Origin: an uncultured bacterium
GTDB taxonomy: Bacteria > Auribacterota > Erginobacteria > Erginobacterales > Erginobacteraceae
Reading direction: 5' to 3'
DNA length: 64,000 bases
Assembly: GCA_963822585.1 (NCBI GenBank)
Contig: CAWGIE010000017.1
Span: forward strand, 32,001-96,000
This document shows positions 9,256 through 19,247 of the stretch, piece by piece (the first letter of the stretch is position 1; every line of letters starts with the position of its first letter). Made by a program: the position numbers and the translations under genes. The notes beneath the pieces were generated by a model. The model searched no databases. It saw only the letters and a program-made list of their open reading frames with translations, and was not told the DNA's origin.

Positions 9256-10747
9256 AATGCGGCAGGCGGGGGGAGCGCTGGTAGCGGGAAGTGAAGCCGG
9301 GGGCGTTCTCGTCGAAGGCCAGGAATTCCTCATCGGGCCGGGAAATATTCTCCTGCTTGAAGACCATGTCGAGAAAGGCGAAAAACTTCCGCTTGAATTC
9401 ATCGAAGGAATGAACCTGCCGGACCATCCGGAACAGAAAGCCGGGCCGGGAATGGTAAGAGACATACGCCCACCGGGTCAACCGGTCGATCTCATCGTTG
9501 GTCAATCGCGTCCAGGGCCGGGGGAGAACCCGCTCATCGGTTTCCCCGAGAATGTATTTCTCCCAGTAATCGTAGCCGGTATCCCTGACCAGCTGCCGCC
9601 ACATTCCGGTCAGTGGCTTGGCGGTAAGCTTCGAGAACTGAACGTAGTCAAGATCGAGCTTTTTCGCGAACCGCACCGTTTTCCGGACCGATTCCCTGGT
9701 TTCGCCGGGCACGCCGACCAGGAAGAATCCGAGCGGCCTGATCCCGGCCTCCTTGGTGAGGGCGATCGTCTCCGTAATCTGCTTGAGGGTGATACCCTTG
9801 TTGATCCGATCCAGGATCTCCTGTGAACCCGATTCAAGGCCGTAATAGATGCGCCGGCACCCGGCCCGGTACATCGCCTCCAGAAGTTCACCGTTGACGG
9901 TATCCACCCGGGAACGGCAGGCCCAGGTCAGGTCAAGCTTCCTTTTCTCGAGTTCCCGGCAGATCGCCATCGTTCGTTCCCTGATCATGGGAAATTCGTA
10001 GTCGAAGATATCGATTTCCCTGATGCCGAACTTGTCATGACACTCCTGCATCTCATTGACGACGGTCAGGGGGGAGCGGGGGTTGTAGGCAGTCCGCCCG
10101 GCCTCGCAGAAAGTGCAGTGCATGGGACAACCGAGGCTGGTCACCATGACCGTGAAATTCTTCCGCTCGGTAGGAAATTCGGCATAGAGATGATTCGGGA
10201 GAAGGTGCCGGGCCGGATTCGGAAAATCGTCGAACACGATCTTCTGGGGATGGGGAGTGACGATGACGTCGGCGTTTTTTTTATACACCAGGCCGGGGAC
10301 GTCGTCAAACCGGCGGCCGCTTTCCAGCTCCGCCAGGAGCGCGGGGAGGGTGAAATAAGCCTGTTCCACCACCCCGAAGTCGATCTCGGGCGGCGAGACG
10401 GATTGGCGGGGATAAACCCTCAGGTTATAGCCGCCGATCAGGACCGGGATTTTCAGGTGTGTTTTTAGAAAACGTATCCACTCCAGTGTCTCGCGGAACA
10501 TGTACGTCGTCATCATGAAGCCCAGGATGTCGGGTTGAAACTCCCGAAGCCGGTCCAGCGTCTCTTCTTTACTCAAACGAAGGGTCCTGGCATCGATAAT
10601 CGAGGCCGTATGGCCGGCTTTTTCCGCGATAGCGGCCGCCCAGGCCAGGCTGAGGGGGGGGAAAAGCCCGAAATATTTCTGGACGATCCTCAGGTTCTCC
10701 TCGTGGAGCTTGTATTTAAAAGGATTGAAGACGAATCCGATCTTCAT
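9254..10747 (-). CDS. B12-binding-domain radical SAM protein
   Basis: N-terminal PPLSLAWAAA cobalamin-binding-like domain; CPMHCTFC (CX3CX2C); YGLESGSQ; GVPGET. Confidence 0.92.
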   Translation of the reverse strand: MKIGFVFNPFKYKLHEENLRIVQKYFGLFPPLSLAWAAAIAEKAGHTASIIDARTLRLSKEETLDRLREFQPDILGFMMTTYMFRETLEWIRFLKTHLKIPVLIGGYNLRVYPRQSVSPPEIDFGVVEQAYFTLPALLAELESGRRFDDVPGLVYKKNADVIVTPHPQKIVFDDFPNPARHLLPNHLYAEFPTERKNFTVMVTSLGCPMHCTFCEAGRTAYNPRSPLTVVNEMQECHDKFGIREIDIFDYEFPMIRERTMAICRELEKRKLDLTWACRSRVDTVNGELLEAMYRAGCRRIYYGLESGSQEILDRINKGITLKQITETIALTKEAGIRPLGFFLVGVPGETRESVRKTVRFAKKLDLDYVQFSKLTAKPLTGMWRQLVRDTGYDYWEKYILGETDERVLPRPWTRLTNDEIDRLTRWAYVSYHSRPGFLFRMVRQVHSFDEFKRKFFAFLDMVFKQENISRPDEEFLAFDENAPGFTSRYQRSPRLPH

Positions 10748-10916
10748 AGCAGATAGATTTTAACTTGGATTATCTGAAAAAATGTGAATAATCTGAATGA
10801 GTTGCTTTGCAGCTAATTTAAGAAGAACACCATACTAAATTAGCTCCGGAAAAGCTAATTTAAACTCTTGGATGTTCTTTACAAAGCTATCGAACAATAA
10901 TTTTTCCGGAGGAAAA

Positions 10917-11099
10917 ATGATGATTGAACTGGTTCTGGTTGTCTTTCTGTTATCGGTCGCCGTGATGGCGACCGTTATGGTAAAGGTTGGGATCAAAGCG
11001 GTCGATTTCATGGAAGCGACCTATCGGTTTTACGAACGCCAGGACGAGGCGCAAAAACAGATAATCGAACTATTGCGGCGACAGGACGCCTCCGCCTGA
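10917..11099 (+). CDS. Small single-TM hypothetical protein
   Basis: RBS GGAGG before ATG 10917; hydrophobic N-terminal half, charged tail. Confidence 0.6.
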   Translation: MMIELVLVVFLLSVAVMATVMVKVGIKAVDFMEATYRFYERQDEAQKQIIELLRRQDASA

Positions 11100-11146
11100 G
11101 TCTGAACCCGGTTGCGGTCTCTTCTCGATAACTTTTTTCGGAGAAA

Positions 11147-12127
11147 ATGATAAACGTGCTCTTGCCGATCAAGAAAAACGGCCGATGCGGATATGTCAAT
11201 CGGGAAGCTTCCTGGGTCATCGAACCCCGGTTTGACCTTGCCTTTCCCTTCTATGAAGGGTTGGCCCTGGTTTCTCTCGCCGGAAAAACACTGGCCGGCA
11301 AGACGGGCCAGCGGTACGGCTACATTGACGATACCGGCCGGATGGTCATCAAACCCCGATTCCGGGAAGCATTTTCTTTTTCGGAAGGACTGGCCACGGT
11401 GATTCCTCCCGGTCTCACGCGGCATCGCTGGGGATACATCAATGCCGCCGGAAAAATCATCATCCGTCCCCGATTCACGGTCACCGGGAGTTTTTTTGGC
11501 GGTCTGGCCCGAGCCTCGGAGCGAGGTCCCGTGGGTTTTATCGACCAGGAGGGGAAATTTGTTATTTCCCCTCGTTTCGATTCGGCCGGTGATTTTTCAG
11601 AGGACCTGGCGGCGGTGAGGATGGAAGGGGAGCAGAAGTGGGGGTATGTGGGCCGCACGGGCGAGAGGATAATTCGGCCTGAATTCGATTGGGCGGAATC
11701 CTTTTCCGGGGGGTTGGCCCGGGTAAACAGCGGCGGCAAGTGGGGGTTCATTGACCGGATGGGTAGGTATCGTTGCCGGCCGGTTTTCGATTACGCGTAT
11801 GATTTTTCGGAAGGGCTGGCGCCGGTTGCCGTGGAGAGGACCTTCGACAAAATACTCCAGACCCGGACCGGCGGCAAGTGGGGATATATCGATGAGAACG
11901 GGAGGGGGGTCATTGACTCTCTTTACGACCGGGCTTTCCCTTTTTTCGACGGGAGAGCTCGGATTATGCTCTGTGATCGTTGGAATTACATCGATAAAAA
12001 CGGGGAGCTGCTGACCGATGCCCGGTATGACGATGCCACCGATTTCCACGGGGGGATCGCCCGTGTCTGGATCGGGAAACAGCAGTTTGTCATTGATACG
12101 GAAGGCAAGACCAGCCCGATTGTGTAA
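11147..12127 (+). CDS. WG-repeat (WG_beta_rep) protein
   Basis: Repeated WGYIDxxG...PxFDxAxxFSEGLAxV. Confidence 0.92.
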   Translation: MINVLLPIKKNGRCGYVNREASWVIEPRFDLAFPFYEGLALVSLAGKTLAGKTGQRYGYIDDTGRMVIKPRFREAFSFSEGLATVIPPGLTRHRWGYINAAGKIIIRPRFTVTGSFFGGLARASERGPVGFIDQEGKFVISPRFDSAGDFSEDLAAVRMEGEQKWGYVGRTGERIIRPEFDWAESFSGGLARVNSGGKWGFIDRMGRYRCRPVFDYAYDFSEGLAPVAVERTFDKILQTRTGGKWGYIDENGRGVIDSLYDRAFPFFDGRARIMLCDRWNYIDKNGELLTDARYDDATDFHGGIARVWIGKQQFVIDTEGKTSPIV

Positions 12128-12132
12128 AAACT

Positions 12133-12292
12133 CAACGTCGAACGTCCAACGTCGAACGGGAAAACGCAAAGCGGAGAGGGCAGAGCGCATTGAGCCCGGG
12201 GATGCAGTGATCAGTAATCGGTGATCAGTGATCAGTGGCGAGGGAAAAAACTGAACGTTCAACGTCGAACGTTCAACGTCCAACGTCGAACG
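12133..12292. repeat. Patchwork of heptamer tandem repeats
   Basis: (C/G)AACGT(C/T) runs at 12133-12158 and 12253-12292; CAGTGAT run at 12205-12238. Confidence 0.85.
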
Positions 12293-12492
12293 ACAGAAGC
12301 AGAGACCACCAATCCTATTTAATCACATTCAATCGTCTGCCCCGCCCCGAGGTTTTAATCAGGGTTTCAAAAAGGGGGTGAGGCGGGGGGCTTTTGTGAA
12401 TTTTGCGTCTTTTTGCGGCTGAAAAAAAGGGGCGCGGCGGGGGTTTCTTTTGTAAATTGTGCTTTGTTGCGGCTGATGAAGGGAGGGAGAAG

Positions 12493-13354
12493 ATGACGAT
12501 CAGGGAGAGAGCGCTGCCCCCGGGCTGGTACCCGGGGAGTGCCGGGGAGACACGGGAGGCTATCGAGAGATTTCTGCGGGATATCGGGGGACCTCCCCCG
12601 GAGGGAAAGATGACGGGGATCGCGGGGATCGCCCCCCACGCCGGATGGGAATTCTCGGGGCGATGCGCCCTGGCGGTTCTCCTGCGCCTCCGCCAGCCGG
12701 TGGATACCGTCGTGGTAGTGGGAGGGCATCTGGGGCCCTCGTCCGGCCTCCTGGCCGCTTCCGAGGCGGGGTACGAGACTCCCCTGGGAACGATCGAGGC
12801 GGATCTGCCGCTCTTGGAAAAGATCGGCAGCTATTGCGGGACCCCTCTCCGGGAAGACCGCCACCCCGATAACACGGTCGAAGTTCAGCTGCCCTTCATC
12901 AAGTATCTCTTTCCGCAGAGCCGGTCCCTGTACCTTCGGAGCGCCCCTTCGTCCGACGCCGTGGAACTTGGCCGGGCGATAAAGGAAGCCGCCGACGAAC
13001 TGGGGCGGAAGGTCGTCGTCCTCGGTTCGACCGACCTGACCCATTACGGCAGCAATTACGGTTTCTCCCCGGCTGGAAGGGGAGAAAAAGCGGTCGCCTG
13101 GGTCAAGGAAGTCAACGACCGGGGATTTGTCAATAACCTGCTGGCCATGGATGCCGAGGGCGCTCTTCGCCATGCCGGGGCAAACCAGTCGGCCTGTTCC
13201 GCGGGCGGTGCCGCCGCCGCCGTTTCCTTCGCCCGGGAGTCGGGGGTCAAACAGCGGAGAACTGATCGATTATTTCACCAGTTACGACATTTATCCGAAC
13301 GAGTCGTTTGTCGGCTACGCAGGGATAGTATATGAAATGACGAAAACAGAATGA
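12493..13354 (+). CDS. amrB: AmmeMemoRadiSam system protein B (MEMO1 family), +1 frameshift near 13250
   Basis: PGWYPG, APHAGWEFSG, DNTVEVQLPF, STDLTHYG; the conserved end YFTSYDI...FVGYAGIVY lies in a different frame ending at 13354. Confidence 0.85.
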
Positions 13355-13500
13355 CGAATGACGAATGAAATCATAATAACAAATAACTGAATTCCCAATT
13401 TACCTTCGACAGCACGGCCCCCGGAATGGCGCGAAATATCCAGCTTTCGGATTTCGGGTTTTGGATTTAACGAGATTTCTGATTTCGTCATTCGGATTTC
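13334..13500. repeat. Inverted heptamer-repeat element (GAATGAC / GTCATTC type)
   Basis: GAAATGACGAAAACAGAATGACGAATGACGAATG ... TTCGGATTTCGGGTTTTGGATTT...GATTTCGTCATTCGGATTTC. Confidence 0.75.
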
Positions 13501-13727
13501 TTATTTTGAGATCTCTTCAACAGCTCTTCCTGAAGCCGCTTCATCTTCTCCCGCTGGGCGGCTTCCGCTTCCGGGTTGGCTTCGATAACGAAGTCAAGAA
13601 TGCTGCCGTCATGGACGCCTTCCGGCAGAAAATCAACCGGCCAGATAAAATCTCCCGCCACCCCCTCGATCTCGAGAACGGCCAGAGATCCGTCCTCGAT
13701 CCGGTCGATCACCACGCGTAATTTCAT
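13488..13727 (-). CDS. DUF3006 family protein
   Basis: VIDRIEDGSLAVLE...LPEGVHDGSIL...EAEAAQREKMKRL; RBS GGAGG. Confidence 0.85.
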   Translation of the reverse strand: MKLRVVIDRIEDGSLAVLEIEGVAGDFIWPVDFLPEGVHDGSILDFVIEANPEAEAAQREKMKRLQEELLKRSQNKKSE

Positions 13728-13755
13728 GATGTTTTCCTCCCGAAAAAGAAATTAT

Positions 13756-13969
13756 AACCACGAAGGACACGAAGAACACGAAGGATCACTGAAAAGAAGA
13801 TAGCCCAATTATTTGTCACGCCTTGAAACTTTTGCTGACGTTATCAGAAAAGGAAATTGTGTTGAGACAGTGTGTCCCGGACAAAATGAATCAAACGATG
13901 AAGGATATGTCGGAGTAACTCAAATCTTTTTAAATATTTTTCTTTGTGCTCTTCGTGTCCTTCGTGGTT
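13756..13969. repeat. Inverted nonamer-repeat element (CCACGAAGGACACGAAG family), copy 1
   Basis: AACCACGAAGGACACGAAGAACACGAAGG ... CTTTGTGCTCTTCGTGTCCTTCGTGGTT. Confidence 0.9.
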
Positions 13970-13980
13970 TTAAAAAGATA

Positions 13981-15237
13981 TTAATCCGATTTCGCGGCGC
14001 GCTGGATGATGCGGCAGACGGCCCGATTCCGTTTTCTTCTCCACCAGGAGTTCAGGTCGCGGGAAAGCCGCCGGTCGATCTCCGGGATTTTATCGGGGTG
14101 CTTCCGGATATATTTTTCTCCGGCCGAATACGCGGAGAGGATCTCGTCAAAACCGTAACGGAAAAACACCGCGGTGTCGCCGGCGATCGCCACCCGGGCG
14201 GCGATGCTCCCCAGGCAGGCCGGCCCGACTGCCTGTTGAAAATAGGCATAACGGCCGGGGGCATGGTCATCTTCCTGAAAGTGGAGGAAGATCAGGGCCG
14301 CCGCGCGCGCGTCGGCGGTGGCGCGGTGCCAGTCTTTCAGTTCGATCCCGAGGGCCTCCGCCACCGCTCCCAGGCGGTGGCTCTGTCCCGGCATTCGGGA
14401 CCTCGCCTGGACCAGCGTGCAGTATTTCTCGTTGTTCAGCCGTCGTCCCAGGAGCTTCCGGGAGGCGTGGGAAAGGAAAGGATAGTCGAAATCGATATTA
14501 TGGGCGATCAGGGTGTCGTTGCCGATAAAATCCAGGAAAGAAGGCAGCACCTCCTTCAGGGGGGGGGCTTTTTTTAGATCATTATCGGAAATACCGGTCA
14601 AGCGCGTTATCTCGGCCGGGAGGGGGTGAGCGGGTTTGGCCAGGGCGCTGAACTCTTCCCCCAAATGGCCGTTTCGGATTCTGACCGCGCCCATCTCGAT
14701 AATCTCATCCCCGCCGGGGTTTTTTCCGGTCGTTTCGAGGTCGAAAGCGATATATTTTTTGCCGAAATCTTTCTCCGTGGAGCGCTGTCGCGCCTCCCCC
14801 AGCTTGAAGACCAGCCCGCTCAACGCATACTGTCCCTCATCGGGGACCGAGGAAGAAACGGAAAGGGATGTGTCCCGGGAACGGTAACATAGTTCTTCCG
14901 GTCGTGTCAGATCGAGAAACGGCGGACCGCTCTCCTCCCCGGCCAGGAGCAGGGACCGGTTTTTTTTAAATATCCGCCGGAAAAAGGATCCGGCCACGAC
15001 CGAGTCCGGTGAATTCCCTTCCCGAATGGAGATTGGCCCCCCGGCCCCCAGCCTGGCTCCGATCGCCGACAGCATCCGCCCCAATCCGGGGATGGAGAAG
15101 GGGGGGAGGAGTCGGGAAGGGGAAGCCCGTAAAAGCGTCTCTTCCGAGAAAGTGATCCCGGAGAGGAGGGATTTTATTTCAGGGGGCAGTTCCAGCCCAT
15201 GGTGGATTTTTGCGATGACTTGTTGAATATCAGCCAT
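13981..15237 (-). CDS. DEDDh (DnaQ/PolC-like) 3'-5' exonuclease embedded in a degenerate RecJ-like scaffold
   Basis: FDLETTG, AHNIDFD, HRATADA; flanks resemble RecJ segments without catalytic residues; start MADIQQ is my choice. Confidence 0.85.
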   Translation of the reverse strand: MADIQQVIAKIHHGLELPPEIKSLLSGITFSEETLLRASPSRLLPPFSIPGLGRMLSAIGARLGAGGPISIREGNSPDSVVAGSFFRRIFKKNRSLLLAGEESGPPFLDLTRPEELCYRSRDTSLSVSSSVPDEGQYALSGLVFKLGEARQRSTEKDFGKKYIAFDLETTGKNPGGDEIIEMGAVRIRNGHLGEEFSALAKPAHPLPAEITRLTGISDNDLKKAPPLKEVLPSFLDFIGNDTLIAHNIDFDYPFLSHASRKLLGRRLNNEKYCTLVQARSRMPGQSHRLGAVAEALGIELKDWHRATADARAAALIFLHFQEDDHAPGRYAYFQQAVGPACLGSIAARVAIAGDTAVFFRYGFDEILSAYSAGEKYIRKHPDKIPEIDRRLSRDLNSWWRRKRNRAVCRIIQRAAKSD

Positions 15238-15245
15238 GTGGAGGT

Positions 15246-15499
15246 AAATCCCAAATAACAAGCACCAAAACTCAAATAAATCTCAAATTACAAGCACCAA
15301 ATTCAAAACAACCTGCCGGATAAGCGAGGCCATTTTTCGATAGGGAGGTTATCATTTAGTAACACTTTAGCTCTTTGAAATTACCACCTATCCAATGACC
15401 GAAACGAATAGTCGAGAGAGTTTTGCCCCGGCCGATTTGTGATTTTGAATTTCGGTTATTGTAATTTATTTGAAATTTGGAATTTGTGATTTGGAATTT
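15246..15499. repeat. Inverted short-period repeat element (CAAAT.. / ..TTTG type)
   Basis: AAATCCCAAATAACAAGCACCAAAACTCAAATAAATCTCAAATTACAAG ... ATTTATTTGAAATTTGGAATTTGTGATTTGGAATTT. Confidence 0.85.
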
Positions 15500-15561
15500 C
15501 TTATCGGCGGGGTTATCACGAAATTATCGGCTACGGTTTTTCTCTCGGATCAGGCTGAACA

Positions 15562-16383
15562 TTATATCTCTTTAATGATCTCGCCGATCAGCCTGGCCAG
15601 GTTCCCGCTGGCTTTCGCGGCCGCCCGGGTAACCTCTTCGTGAGTGAGCGGTTCGGTCCGGGTCGCGCTGACCAGGTTGGAGATAAAGGTGATGGCCAGG
15701 AAACGCAGCCCCAGATAACTGGAAACGATGGCTTCCGGAACAGTGGACATCCCGACCGCGTCCGCGCCCAGTTTGGCCGCCATGGCGATCTCCGCCTTGG
15801 TCTCGTAACTGGGTCCGGGAAAAGAGATCAATACCCCCTGGTGGAGGTTGATGCCGGCCTTCTTTGCCGCCCGAAGAGCGAGTTCACCCAGGCCGGGATG
15901 GTAGGCTTCCGACATGTCCGGGAACCGGGGACCGACACTATCGTCATTGGGACCGCTCAGCGGGTTGAGGAACATGAAGTTGATGTGGTCCCTGACCAGC
16001 ATCAGGTCTCCCCCCGAGAAGTCGGGGTTGATGCCCCCGGCGGCGTTGGTGTTGATGACGGTCGTCACTCCGAGGGCCTTCATCACGAAGAGAGGGTACA
16101 TGACTTTCGCCGCCCCGATGCCCTCGTAGAAATGAACCCGGCCTTCCTGAACGACGATGTTCTTGCCCGCGAAAGTACCGAAGGCCAGCCGTCCCCCGTG
16201 ACCTTTGACGGAAGAGACCGGAAAGTTGGGGATCTCGGAATAGGGGATATGGATGGCATCTTCCAGAAGTTCAACCACCGCCCCCAGTCCCGAGCCGAGA
16301 ACAATGCCGATCTCCGGCTTGATCTTAGTGCGCGAGTGAAGAAAATCAACCGTCTCTTTGATCTTGTTCTTGTCAACAATCAT
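15562..16383 (-). CDS. punA: Purine-nucleoside phosphorylase (trimeric PNP-I type)
   Basis: IVLGSGLG, GRVHFYEG, TNAAGG, GPRFPDMS, GPSYETKAE, VGMSTVPE. Confidence 0.96.
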   Translation of the reverse strand: MIVDKNKIKETVDFLHSRTKIKPEIGIVLGSGLGAVVELLEDAIHIPYSEIPNFPVSSVKGHGGRLAFGTFAGKNIVVQEGRVHFYEGIGAAKVMYPLFVMKALGVTTVINTNAAGGINPDFSGGDLMLVRDHINFMFLNPLSGPNDDSVGPRFPDMSEAYHPGLGELALRAAKKAGINLHQGVLISFPGPSYETKAEIAMAAKLGADAVGMSTVPEAIVSSYLGLRFLAITFISNLVSATRTEPLTHEEVTRAAAKASGNLARLIGEIIKEI

Positions 16384-16419
16384 GAAAAAACTCCTTTGCT
16401 CTTTTTAAAAGCATTATTT

Positions 16420-16567
16420 ACCACGAAGGACACGAAGATCACGAAGGATAGCTGTCATCCGATAGGACGGATTATGGATTATTTAAAAGGGACGAACAGC
16501 AGAAAAAGTCGTTAAGATTTAGAATATCTTATGAATAATCTTCGTGTCCTTCGTGTTCTTCGTGGTT
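16420..16567. repeat. Inverted nonamer-repeat element, copy 2
   Basis: ACCACGAAGGACACGAAGATCACGAAGG ... CTTCGTGTCCTTCGTGTTCTTCGTGGTT. Confidence 0.9.
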
Positions 16568-16583
16568 GATTTTAATAGTAGAA

Positions 16584-17759
16584 TTACCCTGCCATAATGT
16601 CTCGAAGAAAGCTCTTCCCGTATTTCATCCGTGGCAAGCCTAAGTATTCCCCGATCGTTTGGGCGATGTCGGCGAAGCTCCCCCGGGTGCCCAGGTTCAC
16701 CCCCGGTCTGACCGGCTGACCGTTGACGAGCAGGGGAATATACTCCCGCGTGTGGTCGGTATGGACGGTAAACGTGGGATCGCAGCCGTGATCGGCCGTA
16801 ATGAAGAGAATATCTTCCGGCCCCCGCGCGTTCAGTATCTCCGGAATCCGGCGGTCAAAATCCTCCAGCGCTTCCGCGTAGGCCCCGGTATCGCGGCGGT
16901 GTCCGTACTTCATGTCGAAATCGACCAGGTTGGTGAAGATCAGGCTGAAGCCCTTCTCCTTCATGGCTTCCAGTGTCTTGTCCACGCCGTCCATGTTATC
17001 CTCGATACTGACCGTTTCACTGACCCCCTTCCCGGCGAAGATATCGTAGATTTTACCGACCCCGTATGTTTTCCCCCCGTTTTTGATAATAACGTCAAGA
17101 AGAGTGTCAGCGGGCGGGGTGAAGGAAAAGTCATGGCGGTGGGCCGTCCGCTCGAAACTGCCCGGTTTGCCCACGAACGGGCGGGCGATGACCCGGGCCA
17201 CCCCATGCTCCCCGGTGAGAAGTTCACGGGCCTGCCGGCAGATCCGGTACAGTTCGTCGAGGGGGATGATCTCCTCATGGGCGGCGATCTGAAAAACGCT
17301 GTCGGCGGAGGTGTAGATGATCGGATACCCGGTTCGCACGTGTTCTTCGCCCAGGTCCTTAATGATCTCAGTCCCCGAGGCGGCGTAGTTGCCGAGCGTC
17401 TTGCGGCCGATCTTCTTTTCAAAAGCCTCCACCAGCTCGGCGGGGAATCCGTTCGGGTAGACCGGGAAGGGGCGTTCCGATACCAGCCCGGCGATCTCCC
17501 AGTGCCCCACGGTCGTGTCTTTCCCCTGAGACAGTTCGCCCAGTTTCCCGTAGGCTCCGGAGGGGGAGGGGGAGGGGGGGACACCGCGCAGGGGGGCGAT
17601 GTTGCCGAGACCCATCTTCTCCATGTTCGGCATCGTGAAACCGGAGACGTTTTCCGCGATATGCCCCAGGGTATTCGCCCCGGCGTCTCCAAAGGCCGCG
17701 GCGTCGGGCAATTCGCCGATCCCCGCGCTGTCCAGTACGATAATAATTGCTCGTTTCAT
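16584..17759 (-). CDS. deoB: Phosphopentomutase
   Basis: [68 protein letters not shown] before ATG 17759. Confidence 0.97.
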   Translation of the reverse strand: MKRAIIIVLDSAGIGELPDAAAFGDAGANTLGHIAENVSGFTMPNMEKMGLGNIAPLRGVPPSPSPSGAYGKLGELSQGKDTTVGHWEIAGLVSERPFPVYPNGFPAELVEAFEKKIGRKTLGNYAASGTEIIKDLGEEHVRTGYPIIYTSADSVFQIAAHEEIIPLDELYRICRQARELLTGEHGVARVIARPFVGKPGSFERTAHRHDFSFTPPADTLLDVIIKNGGKTYGVGKIYDIFAGKGVSETVSIEDNMDGVDKTLEAMKEKGFSLIFTNLVDFDMKYGHRRDTGAYAEALEDFDRRIPEILNARGPEDILFITADHGCDPTFTVHTDHTREYIPLLVNGQPVRPGVNLGTRGSFADIAQTIGEYLGLPRMKYGKSFLRDIMAG

Positions 17760-17777
17760 AAGTGCGGCTCCTAAAAA

Positions 17778-17927
17778 AAAGTGCCTAAAGTGCACTAAAG
17801 TGCCAAAGTGCTTAAAGTCAATCTCGCCGCGCACCTAGTATAGTGAGAAGTCCGCTGGGCGAGTCGACAGACTTTAGCACTTTAGTCACTTTAGAACTCC
17901 GCTCCAGGCGAAAACTTTAGGCACTTT
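17778..17927. repeat. Inverted 8-10-bp repeat element (AAAGTGCCT type)
   Basis: AAAGTGCCTAAAGTGCACTAAAGTGCCAAAGTGCTTAAAGT ... ACTTTAGCACTTTAGTCACTTTAG ... ACTTTAGGCACTTT. Confidence 0.85.
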
Positions 17928-17963
17928 CTATAGGCGCTTAAATTTTTAGGGCATCTTCTGCCT

Positions 17964-19247
17964 CTATATCCTCGTCTTTACTTCTTCGATAAAATCCTCG
18001 ACCTCCTGGGGAAGGGCCCAGTTGTAAATGTACTTCAGTTTGCTGATCAGGCTGACGGTGAGGTACACACCGGCGGCGTAGCTGTGTCCGGCGATCCGGC
18101 AGGGCTTTCCCTTGATTGATTTCAAGCCCCGGAGAGCGTCAACTTTGAACTTTCTCTCCTTGCCTCCCCGGATGCTGAGACGGTCGTTCTTCAAAACCAT
18201 GATGTAGAAATCGGGGTTGTGATACTGGACGATATCGTATCCGATGGAAGCGGGAGGATTGTGCCGGGCGAACTTCCGTTTCAGGTCGCCGGCCGCGTCG
18301 TATTCCTCCCGGAAGACCCGGAGATCCACGATCAGGAACTTCATCCCCGACTGGGTCTTCTCCTCCCGGTGCTTCCCCTCGGCGAACTTTTTGTAAATGA
18401 CCTCCTCGTCCGCCATCCGCTTGATCTTGAACTTGTCGGCCACGGAAAGGGATCGGTCGGCGGCGATCTTGATGATCAGATCGGCGATTTCGCCGGCCGA
18501 GGGAGCGCTCTGGACGGAGAGGATAAGCAGCCGCCAATTCTTTCCCCAGGCTTCTTCTTCCGGCTTGAGCTTGTTATTGATCAGGCGCATCAGCTGGGCG
18601 GCGTAAGGGTCGTCTTCGCCGGTGATTCTCTTGAAGACGATATCAGCCGCGTTCTGGAAGTGCGGGTTGACTATCAGGTCGGCGCAATCCCGTTCCGCGG
18701 TATCGATGCTCAGAGGACTCCAGGGGTGATGGTCGTACCAGTAAATCTTCACCCCGGCCTTCTGAAGGTCGATCAGAGCGTCCTCGATATCGGCCAGGTT
18801 CTCGCTGGTGATCCCCACGTCCGTAATGAAGAGACGCTGGGGTTTATCCGGGTTTTTGGCCAGAGACCGGAGAGCGTACTGGATGCCGCGGGCGGTTGTC
18901 ACCTGGACCTTGGCCAGGGGAGAAAAGTGTTTGAGCAGCGCCCCCGAGATGATCCCGTCCCAGTCGTTATGGGTGATGATATGATCGAAGATTTCGGATG
19001 ATCGGGGGATATCCAGCTTGGTCAGTTCCAGCGAATCCGGCGCCGGGGCTGCCTCACCCGCTTCCGCGTATTGTTCATCTTCGATATTCCCCACCTCCAT
19101 CAGAGGGTCTTCTTCGTGCTCCTCTTCCGTCGCCAGCTCCTGCCAGTCTCCGGCCTTTTTCCTGAGCAGGCGGGTCAGATCGAGCGCGAGCAGCAGGAAA
19201 ATGACGAAAGCCACTCCTCCGACTATAAACAGGATATGAGGATCCAT
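17964..19247 (-). CDS. Membrane-anchored DHH/DHHA1 phosphoesterase (nanoRNase-like)
   Basis: N-terminal TM plus acidic linker; THNDWDG, FITDVG, WYDHH, AGHSYAAG. Confidence 0.85.
   Translation of the reverse strand: MDPHILFIVGGVAFVIFLLLALDLTRLLRKKAGDWQELATEEEHEEDPLMEVGNIEDEQYAEAGEAAPAPDSLELTKLDIPRSSEIFDHIITHNDWDGIISGALLKHFSPLAKVQVTTARGIQYALRSLAKNPDKPQRLFITDVGITSENLADIEDALIDLQKAGVKIYWYDHHPWSPLSIDTAERDCADLIVNPHFQNAADIVFKRITGEDDPYAAQLMRLINNKLKPEEEAWGKNWRLLILSVQSAPSAGEIADLIIKIAADRSLSVADKFKIKRMADEEVIYKKFAEGKHREEKTQSGMKFLIVDLRVFREEYDAAGDLKRKFARHNPPASIGYDIVQYHNPDFYIMVLKNDRLSIRGGKERKFKVDALRGLKSIKGKPCRIAGHSYAAGVYLTVSLISKLKYIYNWALPQEVEDFIEEVKTRI

Noticed and set aside
9137..9826. 229-aa plus-strand ORF starting in the tandem repeat
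   Set aside because: The start derives from repeat translation and the rest is antisense to the radical SAM gene
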